From positions 865,923-929,922 of the forward strand of contig ML996698.1 in the NCBI GenBank assembly GCA_010356995.1: a stretch of DNA of 64,000 bases, written 5' to 3'. Shown in pieces: positions 1 to 13,344 of the stretch. This DNA is from Trichodelitschia bisporula. Taxonomy: Eukaryota. Position 1 is the first letter of the stretch. The number at the start of each line of letters is the position of its first letter. The translations under genes and the position numbers were made by a program. Below the pieces are notes generated by a model that was given only the letters and a program-made list of their open reading frames with translations, was not told the DNA's origin and made no database searches.

Positions 1-819
1 CTCGCCCGGCCTCGGCACCCCACGAGTCAGCCGCATCCCCGCCGTCCGACGTCCTGCACCACCGCAACAAAAAAGCGCCACATCCGCCTGCGCGAGCGTG
101 GCGAGCCGCCAGATCTCGGCGGCCCAGCATTCAATGGCGCCGACAGATGCTGAGTCGTCAAACGCGCGTGAGACTGCGCTGACATGCCTATATCGCGTGC
201 GTTATGCGCATGCAGGCATGCAGCCGAGGTAGCATGGCGAGCTGAGTATGTACGTCGCATGCGGCGTAGTGCAGTGGGGACCCGAAAATTGCATTCACGA
301 GATATTCCCTCCGCACGTCCGAGAGCAGAGATCAGGGACTTCATTTCATGGCATTCATGCTCCCCTCCAAGCCTTATCTCGCTCCCCAGCCCCTGCCCTA
401 CCCCAGCGCCGATCGCGCCCACGACTCAGCCCCATCCCCCGATCCACGCTATCAAAAGGCCTAACCGCCCGCAGGACTAGTGCTATATATCATGACGACG
501 GGAGCGGAGACATGCACGGCGCTTTCAAGATACAAGCGTGAGTCGTGGCCGTGCAGATTGGCATGCGATGCAGAATCTTCTGCCATATGTAAGGCGTGCG
601 TTCCCCAGGCTCGGGATTTTGGGATTATGGGTTTGGATCACGAGTGACGCGGTTACGACAATACGAATACCGAAACACCGACGAGCGTTTTTGCACTGTG
701 CGGGCAGTGGGTTCGCCGTGCGCCGAAAAACGGACGCCTACTATCATCGCGGTAGTGACCACGCAACCGCACCACAACCGCTGAACGGACGCGCTCAGCG
801 CACCGCACGAACCGCGACC

Positions 820-1941
820 ATGGCCCCGACCCGCGAATCCGAGACCATGATGCCCGCCTACCTCGGCGTAACGACATTTCTCTTCCTCCTCTCCCTCCTC
901 ACCTACGCCCTGCGCCTCTGGAACCGGCTCAAACCGCACCCCTCCCTCGGGTGGGACGACCTGGCCATCTCACTCGCCATGGTGCTTGCAATGGCCACAT
1001 GGGGCTGCAGTACCGCGCTGATAATGTTCACTGGAGGAAAGCACGTCGAGTACGTGGATTTGGACAAGATGATGCGCGCGGCACGGCTTGGGTTTGCGAT
1101 TATGCCGTTGTGGATTTGGAGCGTGACGATGGTGAAGATTAGTGTTTGCCTCATGTTGTTGAGGATTAAGAGGGAGAGGATGTGGCAGCGTGGGTTGCTT
1201 GGGTTGATTGGGGTGTTGTTGGTGATTGCGGTCGCGGGAATGGTGAGCCAGTTGCTGCAGTGTCGGCCTTTGAGGGCGAATTGGAATATCTACCTGAAGC
1301 TGGAGGGCGGGCATTGTTGGGATAATTCGGTGCTGGAGACGGTTACTTATGTCCTGAGTGGTGAGTCTTCTGTCTGTTTCTTCGCATTGATAGGGGTGGG
1401 GATGTTAATCGGGACAGCCCTCTTCGGCACCACGGACCTCGTCTGCGCGTTCCTCCCTCTCTTCTTCATCCGCCAACTCAACCGGCCCCTGCGGGAAAAA
1501 ATCGTCCTGGCGCTGCTCATGGCCCTCGGACTTCTCGCCGCCGCGTGCAGCATCGTCAAGGCAGTGCTGCTCAAGAAGTTGCTGAACAGCGCCGACCCGC
1601 TCTGGGACGGCGAAGCGATCGGCATCTGGACGTACAGCGAAGTGTACATTGGGATCATCGCAGCCAACATCCCTTGTCTGCGGTCGCTGCTCGAGAAGGT
1701 CTTCACCCTGATCGCGGGCTCGCAGGCCATCAGTCGGAAAGCGACGATTGGGCCGATTGCGTCGGCGGAGGCGGGAGTGTTGGGACGCGGTAATGGGGGC
1801 ATGTATGAGAATCGGAGTCATATTTGTGCTAATACGGGGAGTCGGGGGACGAGTGATGAGCATATTCTCCTTTCGGAGAGGGGTGAGAAGAAGGAGGGGA
1901 TTGTGAAGGAGGTGGAGGTACGGTGGGATGATAGAGGGTGA
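820..1941 (+). CDS. PTH11-like integral membrane protein (fungal rhodopsin domain, no CFEM)
   Basis: About seven hydrophobic segments with the family motifs LGWDD, 'VKISVCLMLLRI', 'QCRPLRANW...C' and 'EVYIGIIAANIP'. ATG at 820; in-frame 57-nt intron 1361-1417 (GTGAGT...ACAG). Confidence 0.88.
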   Translation: MAPTRESETMMPAYLGVTTFLFLLSLLTYALRLWNRLKPHPSLGWDDLAISLAMVLAMATWGCSTALIMFTGGKHVEYVDLDKMMRAARLGFAIMPLWIWSVTMVKISVCLMLLRIKRERMWQRGLLGLIGVLLVIAVAGMVSQLLQCRPLRANWNIYLKLEGGHCWDNSVLETVTYVLSGESSVCFFALIGVGMLIGTALFGTTDLVCAFLPLFFIRQLNRPLREKIVLALLMALGLLAAACSIVKAVLLKKLLNSADPLWDGEAIGIWTYSEVYIGIIAANIPCLRSLLEKVFTLIAGSQAISRKATIGPIASAEAGVLGRGNGGMYENRSHICANTGSRGTSDEHILLSERGEKKEGIVKEVEVRWDDRG

Positions 1942-4167
1942 TGGATGTGGTGGGTGCGGAGCATGGCGTCTTCTCGATGTGCCCTTGGGGACAGGCGTTC
2001 TGTTGTAAGACGGGTTGCATGTAATGGATGAGAGACGTTGTTCCGCCATTTATAAGGATAGAGCGTTTAATCGTCCTGCCTGGCGTCCCACATAATGAAT
2101 GATGGACGTTGTTCCGCCGTTTAGAACTATGAGCATAGAGCGCTTGATTGTCCAGCCGAAGCTCCAGGTCCAGGATTCCAATGAAGGGTGTCATGACATG
2201 GTAGGAATTTTGTTCGGCGCATGGAACTGAATCCAATCTTTATCGCTGGATGTTATCGGATCCGCTTTTGACATAGCTTATGGAGACGAACGGATCGGAG
2301 ATTATCGGCCATGTCAATGTCGACGTACATCGTGTCCATCATTTGCGATACCTCACCTTGCTCGGTGAAGTTCACCTCCTTCGCATTGTAATGCAGAGCA
2401 CGTACAGTAGTACGTACCACATCTTACGCAGCACAACCCATCCCGCCCAACCCCAACACCCAGCACGCATATGACGTACCGCCATCCCAGCCAAGCTCGG
2501 CCTCGCCGACGCAGACCTACCACAGTCCCGATACGCAAAGCATCGCAGACCTCGGATCAGTCCATTTCAGCCCCCACCCAAGGATTATATTGCCCGATGC
2601 ATGTGTCCCACGGCTTAAAGCGACGTTGCTGTGCTGGCGACGTTGTGGCCGGTTGACGATGGCGCAACTGGCGGGTGAGGCGTGCGGGGTGAACGGTTGG
2701 CCGGCGCGGGATGCAGAATGCAGAGAGGAGGTGAAAGGGAGGGATGATATAATGGAGGGTTCCTCGTCAGGGTTAGAGCGGCTTATGATGAGAATCTAGC
2801 GTCTTGCTAGAGCTATTTGGTTGAGAGCGAAGATGAACGGCTGGTCGCTGGCTCGGAGTCTACCGGTATGGCGGGTGCTTTGGGAGTGGGTTGCCAAGGC
2901 ACCGATGCGGTGCGAGAACACGGCTTGGGAGGTCTTTGTCCTTTGAGGGCCTTGAAGATAGAGACGGAAGATGATGATTGGGATGGAAGATGACAGGGCT
3001 GTGGAATGAAGGATAGAAGCGGCGTGATAAGTTATGAGGTTCGGGGGGGATAGCACGGGGTTACTGCGGGGAATACACTAAACGAGTTTGGAGGGGAATG
3101 GCATGAGATTTGTGGGGTTAGGTGGCGGTGCGAAATTCTCGCAGGGAAGAGTTGTCGCATATTGAAGCAGACCCCTCACCTCCCTCATTATCGTATATCC
3201 TGCTTTCTGCATCTGGCAATGCGACGGCATTGTTCCAAGAGTTTTGTTAGTGAAGTTGCAGGAGTTTGTAGGTTTGTTGATGCCATGGGCTTGGCTGCAG
3301 CAGCAAGCGGGATAAGAGAGGGGGTGGGGAGCTTGTTCAGGCACCAGCCAAACACTCAAGAGACGCCGCCTATCGTTGTAAGGACAACCAGGCGAGAAAG
3401 ATATGTTTCGGCTCAGTGACAAGTGAATTGGAAGAGGAACTTGCAAGAAGAAGAAGAACGACAGTAAAAACAACAGAGACAGCAATTGACAGCAGTGTTC
3501 CTGTGACAAAGTGACGTCCTCAACCCCAACAACAGGCGACAACAAACAAACAAGAATCACACGGACTTTGCCTCGTCCCATTGTGCACCGCCTCCTCTGT
3601 TAGTGGCCCAGCTGCTGACGGACCAACCATTTGCGTGGGGCGCACAGCCGGCTGCGCCACTTCTTGTCTCTCTCCTCCTCATTCTCTCCGCCTCTCCGCT
3701 CTCCGCCGCCTCTCTCTCTCTTCCTCCCTCCTCACACTCCTCGCAAGCAAAATAAAAGTCGTAGGACAACTTTTGCCTGCAGTGCCAGCCAAGGAAGCCC
3801 TATCACATATCGCACTAACCACCCCAAAAGCCTCGCTCGCCCACCCCCCCCCCCCTCCCCCCCCCCAAAAGCAGAAGCAACGGCTGTTGGTCCAGGCGCC
3901 AGAAGCTCGAACCTCCTCTTCCGCATCCATCACTCACCACTCTTCTTCTTCTCTTCTCCTCCCCTTCCTCAAGCCATTCTCATCAACAACCAAACCACTC
4001 CTCCCTCTTCCCATCGCCTCTCATCTCGTCATTCGCCCTCCCCTATCCGCCAGCAGCGACACACCTCATTCTCTTCGCTGCTACCAAATCTTCCTTAATC
4101 TTACCCACTCCTCACTCCTGCACACGCCCACTTTCCCACGACAACCACACCGCTCCATCCACTCGCC

Positions 4168-5052
4168 ATGGCCGAGCTCCGCAGGAAACTCGTCATCGTC
4201 GGCGACGGTGCTTGCGGTAAAACCTGCTTGTTGATGTACGGATCTCCGAATATCTCCATTCCTCGTGTGCATCGCTAATCTGTGTCGTCTGCAGCGTATT
4301 CTCCAAGGGAACCTTCCCCGAAGTGAGCTTCCAGCCCTCCCTTTTTCCCGTCCAACCTCCACCCTTCCCCTCCCATCTCCGAATCCTTCCACAACCACAA
4401 CAATCAAACTCTATCACCTAGTTTGCAGCAATCACTAAATTCCCGCGCAGGTCTACGTTCCCACCGTGTTCGAAAACTACGTTGCCGATGTCGAGGTCGA
4501 TGGAAAGCATGTCGAGTTGGCCCTGTGGGATACGGCCGGCCAGGAGGATTACGACCGGCTGCGCCCGCTCTCATATCCCGACTCGCATGTAATCCTCATC
4601 TGCTTCGCCATTGACTCGCCCGATTCGCTCGACAACGTGCAGGAGAAGGCAAGCTCGGCCCGTTCACTCATGTCAGCTTCCGCTAACGCTCCACTGTAGT
4701 GGATCTCTGAGGTGCTGCACTTTTGCTCAGGCCTGCCCATCATCCTGGTTGGCTGCAAGAAGGATCTGCGGTTCGACCCCAAGACCATTGAGGAGCTGCA
4801 CAAGACGTCGCAAAAGCCCGTCACGACGGAGCAGGTGGGTGTTCTTCGGCCTTTAATTCTGGTCCACGACTAACAGTTTCCTAGGGTGAGGAGGTAAAGA
4901 AGCGCATCGGCGCCGTCAAGTACATCGAATGCTCGGCCAAGACCGGCGAGGGCGTGCGCGAGGTGTTTGAGCACGCAACGCGTGCTGCCTTGACTAACAG
5001 CAAGACACGGGGACGCAAGAAGGGCAGCAAGAAGGGCTGCGTGCTGCTATAA
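4168..5052 (+). CDS. RHO1: Rho1 small GTPase
   Basis: [48 protein letters not shown], and a C-terminal polybasic tract plus CaaX box (CVLL). Exons 4168-4235, 4295-4322, 4451-4648, 4700-4834, 4885-5052. Confidence 0.97.
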
Positions 5053-5658
5053 ATGTGATACCAATCGGCTGGGGGCGCGATCGTACTGTCTTGTTGCACA
5101 TTTCGGAGTAAAGTCCACCATCCCCGCTCGAAGCTGCTGGCCGTCGGACGCTCTTCTCGACAATTGCCGGTTGAAAGGGACGCCTCTTTCGTCGACGATT
5201 GCGCACGCGCTCTCTTTCTCTATGGCTGCTTGGTCCGGGGCGGTTGGCTCTCTTTTGAACGGTAGAAGGTGTCGCTAGGAACACATAGCATGCAACGCAC
5301 ACACGGCACACTAGTAAAGGTTCTTTCTCCTCCTCTCTGGGCGTCTTGACGGAGAAGCCATGGCTCCTGTGCGTGTGCGTGTGCATCTTGTTGGGTTTCT
5401 GGGCAATCTACCTTTCTTCTACAGCACGTTTGTCTCCGTTGATGTGGTCAGGCTTGAGCAGAAGGGTTGCGCCTCGTGTGGGAAGTGATGGAGTGAACTT
5501 TGAATTCGGCAAGGCTTTTTTGGAGGAAAGTTGTTTGTCCCCGGCCCCCCACCCCCGCTCTCCCCCCTGATCTTCTTCGTTTCTTCTTTTACAAGTTGCT
5601 GTTTGTGGTTGTCATAGGCTGTTCCTGCTCTCTTGTGCGCATTGAAATGTAATATTGA

Positions 5659-5679
5659 GTCTGTCTGTCTGTCTGTCTG
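5659..5679. repeat. (GTCT)n microsatellite, about 5 units
   Basis: gtctgtctgtctgtctgtctg downstream of RHO1. Confidence 0.8.
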
Positions 5680-6802
5680 CAATGTCGAGGGTTGTGCTGT
5701 GTGGTTGCTGGACGGCCTCGAAACTGTGCTGCTGCTCTTCTCAACTGCTCTATGCTTCGGGTCCGTCCGCCTTCTCTCGTTTTGGGAGCCATGGAAATGC
5801 GAGTGAAATATGAGCACGTGTCTATGACTGCGACGTGGTGATATGTAAGCTGCGGTGTGAGGGCACGTGCTCTGTGAGCTGATTGACTCGAGTGACGTTG
5901 AATTGTTGAGTGTTCAGGCCTCCAGGCCTCCAGTCTCAACTACTGCCGAGCGGGGATAAGCAGACAATGCGTCCGTCCTTCGGTTCTCGCGGCTCTACAG
6001 TGAGAGTTGGTGTAGGTGAGAGATGTTCTAGGTATGTCGATCGGGGCTGGATATGCACATATGATGCTCACCGGAACTTATGGTCATGCCATTGGATGGT
6101 TCGTGACGGTAGTTCTGTCAACGACTGGCTGATTTGAGGTCAATAGCGAGGGATACGAGATGAATCCACTGTCGCAGTCTCAAAGAAAGCTGCAAGTGGG
6201 TCACTCGTAACTCCAACCGGGCCGGTAAGTATATTGTAAGGTTGGAGAGGTTTACGCGGCATAAGTTGAAGATCGGCGAGGCTAAAGAGGACTGTGACTG
6301 CAGGACTGAATTGAACAGGTCATGCATACGACGCCACGATGGTCGGCGGTTTGAGCGGCTTCATAGGCTATCTATATCATGTACTCTTGCTCTTCGGGAG
6401 GAAAGGCTCGGCAAGATCTCGATCTTGTGAGTAACGGCCGTTGATAAGGCTAGCAACTACGGCCGGTGATGTCGACGAAGCAGGAGCATTGTTATGAAGG
6501 AAGGAGCATCCTTACTATTCGAGGAAAGGACAGTTGGACACTTGCAAGTACGAAGTTATATCTTCACGACTTCGCCCTTCCCTCTTCTTCTCATCTCTTC
6601 GTCCTTTTACAATCTTCCACTTTACTCTGTTTCCATTGCACATGTCAAGCATATACTTACATTAGCCGTCATCACAGGTGATGGTGCTGTCTTGCAGTCC
6701 CGCAGGCTGAACATTATGCATTACCCGGCTAATTCCCATCGCAGTCCCAGCCTCATCACCCATCCTCCCAAGCCATGCACCCAAACGCCTTGCATGCCCA
6801 AA

Positions 6803-8376
6803 TCAATAACTAAACCTAAACGCCGGATGCGCATCCCCAAGATTCTCAACCTCACTATCCCTCCTCCTCAACCGTCCGTTCCTCCCTCCCCTCTCCCTCA
6901 CTTGATTCTCCCTCCTCAACCCCCACCAAAAGCCCCCCGCCACCAACCCTACCACCCCAAGACAACCCAGCATAACCGCAAAACCAGCCGTGAACCGCGG
7001 GCCGCTGCTCCTGGGGAACACAAGCGCCGCCAGTATCCCGCCCGCGTTACCACACCCGGCAAGTACTCCAGCCGCGACCGCGCGCTTCCAATGCCCACAC
7101 TGGTTGTTCAAGACCCAGGCATACACCAGCGGCTGCGCGGTGTAAAAACCCGCCGCCGCCAAAAAGAGCGCCGCGTACCGCGCTCCCGCACCCGTGTCCG
7201 CGAGCAGCACGCCGTACCCCGCGACACCTACCCCTACGCCAGCGAGCACGAAACCCGCGCGGTGCTTAGCGCGATCCGACGCCCACGCCGAAGCCAGGAC
7301 CAGCGCGAAGGCAACGACGTAAATGGGTATGGAGTGCACATGCGCGCGCTCGCCTACGTACCCTTCCGCAGCTAGTATCGTCGGCGCGAAGAAGACGATC
7401 CCGTAGCCCGCCGCCGCGAGCGGGATCGCCATGAAGGCGGCGGTGTAGAGTTTCCAGTCCTTCAGAATGAGACGTAGAGCGCGGGAGTCGAGCGTGTCCA
7501 TCCGTGCGTCCTGACCATCGGCCCGGAGGCGCCGGCCGAGCGTGCGCTTCTCCCCTTCACTGAGGAAAGTGGCGTCAGCGGGAAGGTCCGGGAGGGTGAA
7601 GAAGGCAAGCAGGGCGGAGAGGAGCGTGCCCGCGCCCTCGAGGACGAAGATCCAGCGCCAGGGCGCGAGGTTGCCGCGGTTGCCGAGCTTGGCGCATGCG
7701 TAGGCCAGCAGGCCGGAGAGTGCCCCGGCGAGCACGGTGAAGGCGAAGATCAGACTGAGGCGTTTTTGGAGCTCGAACCGCGCGTAGTATGCGCTGCAGA
7801 CGAGGAGTAGGCCCGGGAGGAAGCCGGCTTCGAAGAATCCCAGGAGGAAACGACAGGCGAGTAGTTGGGGGTGTGTGCGCGCGAAGCCAGTGCCGAGGGT
7901 TGCGAGGCCTGTCTCTATTAGTGAGGGGGATATGGGGAGACGGAAGGAAGGGACACACCCCATCCAAACGCCAGCCCGGCGAGCCACCGGCTGGGCCGCA
8001 CGCGCTTGAGGGCTAGGATACTGGGCAGCGCGAAGGCCGTCTGCGCGAGGAGCGGGATTATGAGCGCGAGGGCGAAGTCGTGCGATCCTTTCATGTGCAG
8101 GTCAGCTTCTAGGCCGGCGAGGCGCGCGTTGCCGATGTTGAGCCGGTCCGTGGACATGACGAAGTACAGCCAGCCGAGCATCGGGATTACGTGCCAGTCG
8201 CATTTGCGGAGGAGGGCGGCTTCTGCGGCCTGGGATGTGAGGGTTTGTTGGGGAGAGGGCGGGAAACGGTTCCAAGGCCGCCATCGTGAGCGGGTTAGAG
8301 GGGGGGAGGCTGTTGGTGGGGGGGTGTGGAGGGGGAGTTGGGAGGGGGTGGATGAGGGGCGTGTCTTTTCGCGCAT
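6803..8376 (-). CDS. MFS transporter, anion:cation symporter family (Dal5/Tna1-like)
   Basis: Motifs 'LLRKCDWHVIP', 'DRLNIGNARLAGL', 'RFLLGFFEAGFLPG', 'WRWIFVLEG', 'LGDAHPAFRF'. Intron about 7909-7958 joins ORFs 7918..8427 and 6803..7987. The start could alternatively be 8427. Confidence 0.92.
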
Positions 8377-9826
8377 GGTGCTTGTGAGGCTGTGGCTGCT
8401 GTCGTAGTCGTAGTCATAGTTTTGCATCGTGACCCGGTAGTTACGAGGGGGTCGTCATCCGCGGTGTTGCGATGCTTAGGATGCCGAAACGCCTGAAGTC
8501 CTGAATCCGATCGAAGTGTCAAAGTCCGTTCAATTGAATATTGTGTCAGTATCGTCCAAAATTGCCAAAAACACCTCCGACCCGCTGGGCGAGCCCAGGC
8601 TCATATACCATCTCCCCCTTCGGCCATCAATATCCACCGCGCGCACATCCCTCTCGCACGGCCCCGTGATTCAGATCGTCGGCCGGCTGAGGAAGAAAGA
8701 TGCCCAGCCGGTCGAAGATGCCAACCCGTGCCAACACTCGGAATGGACTTGGCAGCCGCGGTGGCACTTTGGGGATGTGGGGCCGCGATGGGAGAGGCAT
8801 TGCTTGGTGCTGGGAGTTGGGGAGATCGTGTCTTGCCTCGTCCGCAGCATCGTCTTGACCCAGAGAGACGAAGGGGAGGAGGGCGATGCTGCTGGCCGCG
8901 TACGGGTACCTCTCCACCCAAGTTCCGCGTCGTGACGTTGATTCTCAAGGCAGACGGCCATGGCGCCGAGCACTCGATAGGGAATCAATACCTGCGCCGA
9001 TCTGCTCCCTTGGCGTGCTCGTGATGTCCAGATCTGGCGCTGCGGCCTCGCCCTCACTCAATCACGACGAAGCGCGTGAGGTGCATCCGGAATACTGATT
9101 CCTAATTCCCGATCCCGATGTACGATTCGCGAAGATTGGAAGAGGAGAAGTGTCAACATGAAGGCAATCACCGCCAGCGTTGACAAAAAGCGATCTCCAC
9201 AAAGCCAGCGCATGAGACCTACCCAAAACTCCATCTCCCAAACGCACAAGCAATGCCACACCCGTCGCCCCAATCAGGCAACGATGCGCGCTGCAACCTC
9301 CCCACTCCTCCACATCACTAGTACGCGTCCTCCTCCCTTCCACACTCCCCGTATCAGTACCTTTCTGCCAGCACTGCCTCTGCCTGCTTATCATGTACTA
9401 TCCACCACGCGCCGCGCATCCCAAAGTGGCAATCAACCTTCGGTCGGGGATCAGCCTCGCTGAGTTGATGTGAGGTTGCTCGGCCTGGCTTGGCGCTGAG
9501 GGCCAAGATCCGACCAGGGGGATCGGCGAGGCGCGGATCGGGAGGCAGACGCGGGCTATGAAAAAAAGCACCGCACCTGAAGGTGGTGGATTGCCGGTCA
9601 GCACGACACGTTGGATGGACAAAAATACGTTGTACATCCGTACACGTTGAGATAAGCATTGCGAATAGCGGAATTAGTGCAATGAACAGAACTGCCGAAA
9701 CGTCAATCTATATCGCTCAACCCGCTCTCCCGCATCTAGCTCTACGTCTAGTTGCATCCAGGCTGCCCACACACACAAGCAAAACACCCAACACCATTTT
9801 CCACTGTACAATCACCCCATCACCCC

Positions 9827-11053
9827 CTACGTGCTCGACACACGCGGCTTAAACGTCCACCGCTGATCCTCCGCCACCGTGAACGGCACACCCAGCTCAA
9901 AAAGCCTCAACACAACCGCACTAAAATCCTTGAAGAACGCATCATTATCCTTCGCATACTTCTCCACCCACGGCCTGAACCCCTTATCCTTCGTCAGGAC
10001 CATATCCGTCGGCAGCATCATCAAGGTCTTGGTGCTAACATCCTCGTACTGCTTAGGGCCGTTCCACTTCCGCCACTGCCACTTCTCATCCAGCAGGAGG
10101 CGGAAATAATCATTCGTCAAGACAGTCGGGGAGAATGTCCACGGCCCGTCGTAACCCGAACGGTCCGTGTGGCACCGGCCCAGGGCGTGGGCTCCCGACA
10201 GAGCGACGATTTCCTGGTCGTTGAACCCCATGCGCCCGAAGATGGCGCGCAGGTGCTTCTGCTCCTTGGATGCGTCCGGGAGACGACCGTCGGGCGTGCA
10301 GAAGGACATGTCACGGTCGGAGCGGCCGGGGCGGTAGGGGATGATGGGGCCTTGCATTTCTTGAATGGCGGCGACGCCGGCGAGGATCCAGAGGTCGGAG
10401 TAGGTGATCCAGGGGAATTGGGCTGTAGGGATGGTTAGCTGTGTGTTTTTATTTTATTTGGGGGGAATTGATAACGCACCCTTGATGGGCTCGAGGAAGT
10501 CGCGAGCCGTCTTCAGACCCGCATTCGCACCGTGATCACCCTCGGGGGCGAAGCGCATCGTCGCGCCATTGGACCCGCCAGTGCCAGTTTCGGCATCGTA
10601 CCTTACTTCGTCAGCCAATTGCCTTTTATACCCAAATTGCATATTCGCCACTCACGTCCCAGACGCATGCCACGCCAGTCTCAACAACACAGGCCCATAA
10701 CTCCCATCCTCATACTCATCATGCTCCTCCAACGCCTTCGCAACCGCATTATACACCTTCTCATAATCCTCATACTTGGGCACAAACGGGCCTGCCTCTT
10801 TCTTTGCCGCGCCCAGATCGTTCGTGGCCAGGTAGTACCCGCCGCCGCCGAGCACGGCAGCCCCCAGGAGGCCCCAGATCAGACCGCTGGAGCCCGACTT
10901 CGGCGCTGCATCGCTGGCATACCCACGACGTGATTGCTGGCGGTACGCAGGGCGCGAGAGCGTGGCGAGGCTGGACCGCGTGGCCGTGGTGCGGAAGGAG
11001 ACCGGGCGGGCGGTGGCGCGGGCGAGGGCGCGGGCTGCTGCTGCGGTGGCCAT
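9827..11053 (-). CDS. CCP1: Mitochondrial cytochrome c peroxidase
   Basis: Mitochondrial-type presequence plus TM segment, '[15 protein letters not shown]', '[13 protein letters not shown]', 'LMMLPTD'. Introns 10655-10602 and 10479-10423. Confidence 0.96.
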
Positions 11054-12124
11054 TTCGAGGATCTGGGGAGGGGGTGATAAGGGATTGAGGCACGGAGATG
11101 CGCTGGGGAGGCGGAGTATTTAGGCACGAGAGGTTCGATGGCCGAGCGGAAGATGGACGCGGCTACGGACGTGAGGCGTGGGGTTGAGGGGAGGTGAGAG
11201 GAGGCGGAAGGAGCTGGAACGGTGAAAAGGGACGGATTTTTCGGGCTCGGCGCGCTGAGGGCCGGGGGTGGCGCCATATCACGAACTAATCCGTAGATTG
11301 TGATTGGATGAGGGCCGGTATGTGGCCGAGCGGGATATCTGCCGCGGTCGAGACTTTGGGAATCTGTCAGCCATCGTTGTGGGCTTCATTAGAGGATGCA
11401 ATGGGCGATGGGTTGCTAGTTTGGAGGCAAAGGGGAAGGCTGAAGGAGCTTCCGTAGCTCCGTAGATGATGCTGGGCTCTAGGTCTCTTTTTATGCTCTG
11501 CGGCGTCGCTTTTCCCCTCTTTCTTGCTTGCAAGGCCTTGACACACCGCTGCTGCTTACTGGCTGTGCGGTACTGTGTATCCGTGATGCTTGCAGTAGCT
11601 GCGGTGGCTACCCATGTTTTCTTCGTTCGGTGTGGGGACGAGCACGAGGGATTGCGGAGACCCACTGCCCGCTCTTTGACGAGGCTATTAGCTGTGGAGT
11701 GCACTCCGTAGCGTCTTAGATTGCCATATCATATCAAAGCATTGCCGGAGCCTCAAGCGAAATTGCCAATTGCCATGTCAATCAACAGTGCCGGGATGCT
11801 ACGGAGACGGACCTGTCCAATTTTGTCTACAATATGTGCAGGGGATCAGCTCGACTTCATCACATGTCGGCCACAGCTATACGAACTGCACATCGTGATT
11901 GTGAGCTCCCTTTATCATTGATAGCAACGCGCAATTGTATCAACGTTGACCGCAAACTTCAATTGTCCAGTCACCGCTGGTGATGGCGCTATCCCCAGTC
12001 AGAATGACGCATCACACTCACCCAGCCACGCAGCGTCCATCCCGCGCGGCATTCCCCCCGCGCCCGCCAACATCGTCACTTTACTTAAAGCCCAGCGCAC
12101 GCCGCCTCGCACTTGCGAATGCCA

Positions 12125-12966
12125 ATGGCTTCACAAGACACGAGCGAGAGCGACCACGAGCAACGCTTCGATGAGCGCAAAGGCGGGCTGGGAGCCTACC
12201 TCCTCCGCCCGATCGACACCTCACTGACTTCCATCCCCATAATCCTCTGCTGCTTCTGCAGCGGGCTCATCGACTCCACCGTCTTCAATGCCTGGGGCGT
12301 CTTTGGGACCATGCAAACAGGTCCGTAATCACGTCTCCAACCCGCAAGATCTAACCGTTGTCCCCAGGAAACACCGTAATCCTCGCCCTCGGCGCCTCTT
12401 CCCAACCCACCGGCCACCCGCACGCCTGGCTCCAAGCACTGTCCGCAATAACATTCTTCTTCCTCGGCTCCTTCTTCACAAACCACCTCGGGCACTTCCT
12501 CTCCCCACTAAAACGCCGCACGCTCATCCTCTCCTTCTTCCTGCAAACCGCGCTCATCATCACCGCCGCAGCACTGATACGAAGCGGCGTCGCGCCGGGC
12601 ATAATCCCCTCGGGCGAAGAGCACTTCATCCAGCTCGTCCCTTTGCCGATGCTTGCTTTCCAAGCCGGACAGCAGAGCGTGACAGCGCGCCAATTGGGGT
12701 TGAACGAGATACCGACCACGGTGCTGACGAGCGTGTATACTGACCTGGGGAACGATCCTAAGCTCTTCGCCCCGCTGAACGAAAACTGGAAGCGCAATCG
12801 ACGGGCCCTGGCTGCGGTGGCATTACTCCTCGGGGCGATTATCGGGGGCTGGTTGAGTCGAACGAAGGAGGGGATGCCCGCTGCATTATGGTTTGCGGCT
12901 GGGGTGAAAGCGGTGTTGACGGTTGCTTGGGCGTTATGGAGGGAGGAGGGCAAGATACCCAGGTAG
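12125..12966 (+). CDS. DUF1275 (YoaK-like) membrane protein
   Basis: 'CFCSGLIDSTVFNAWGVFGTMQTGNTV' across intron 12321-12367, 'LAFQAGQQ', 'EIPTTVLTSVYTDL'. Confidence 0.9.
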
Positions 12967-13206
12967 AGTTATAGGTTCGTTATTTGAATGGAGTGCTGTT
13001 TATGGCACTGTCTAATTGAGCGGACTTGCTGTTCATAGTGGCTCTCTGATCGCATCGTCCGCTGTTGCTGGCCTCTCTCAGATGCCTCACGACAACTATA
13101 TACCACTGGAAAAGCTGATTCACCGCTACAAACGAAACTAGCCTAGTACGCCGCGATTGAGAAGGGCGGTACGTTGTGGAATTCCACGGAAAACTCTAAG
13201 GGGGTG

Positions 13207-13344
13207 ACTGGTGCGCGTTCCCGAAGCTCTCGCCGAGAGTAACGAGGCGGTCCGTCTCGGCAATTCGGAAGAAGTCCAAGAGGGCAACTGGTGCGCCTTC
13301 CCGAAGCTCTCGCCGAGAGTAACGATGGCGGTCAGTCTCGGCAA
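13207..13344. repeat. Direct repeat, 2 x about 57 bp, period 80 bp, with an internal palindrome
   Basis: actggtgcgc(g/c)ttcccgaagctctcgccgagagtaacga(-/t)ggcggtc(c/a)gtctcggcaa at 13207-13263 and 13287-13344. Confidence 0.9.

Noticed and set aside
538..819. 94-codon N-terminal extension of the rhodopsin-domain ORF
   Set aside because: Starts at GTG and is not family-like; ATG 820 has good context just before the first TM.
3493..3513. CAGTGTTnnTGnnACAAAGTG shared between the RHO1 upstream region and the STS1 upstream region (39794-39814, minus strand)
   Set aside because: A 17/21 match is expected many times by chance in a 64-kb self-comparison; no further support.
6494..7375. 293-aa plus-strand ORF and similar long ORFs (38970..39884, 41467..42399, 48883..49821, 57013..58422)
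   Set aside because: Antisense or alternate-frame shadows of real genes, with low-complexity P/R-rich composition expected from GC-rich codon bias.
8516..9100. Overlapping 70-140 aa ORFs upstream of the MFS gene
   Set aside because: No recognisable motif or consistent exon structure on either strand.
13207..13344. CRISPR-like repeat-spacer interpretation
   Set aside because: Only two 57-bp units, eukaryotic context, no cas genes.
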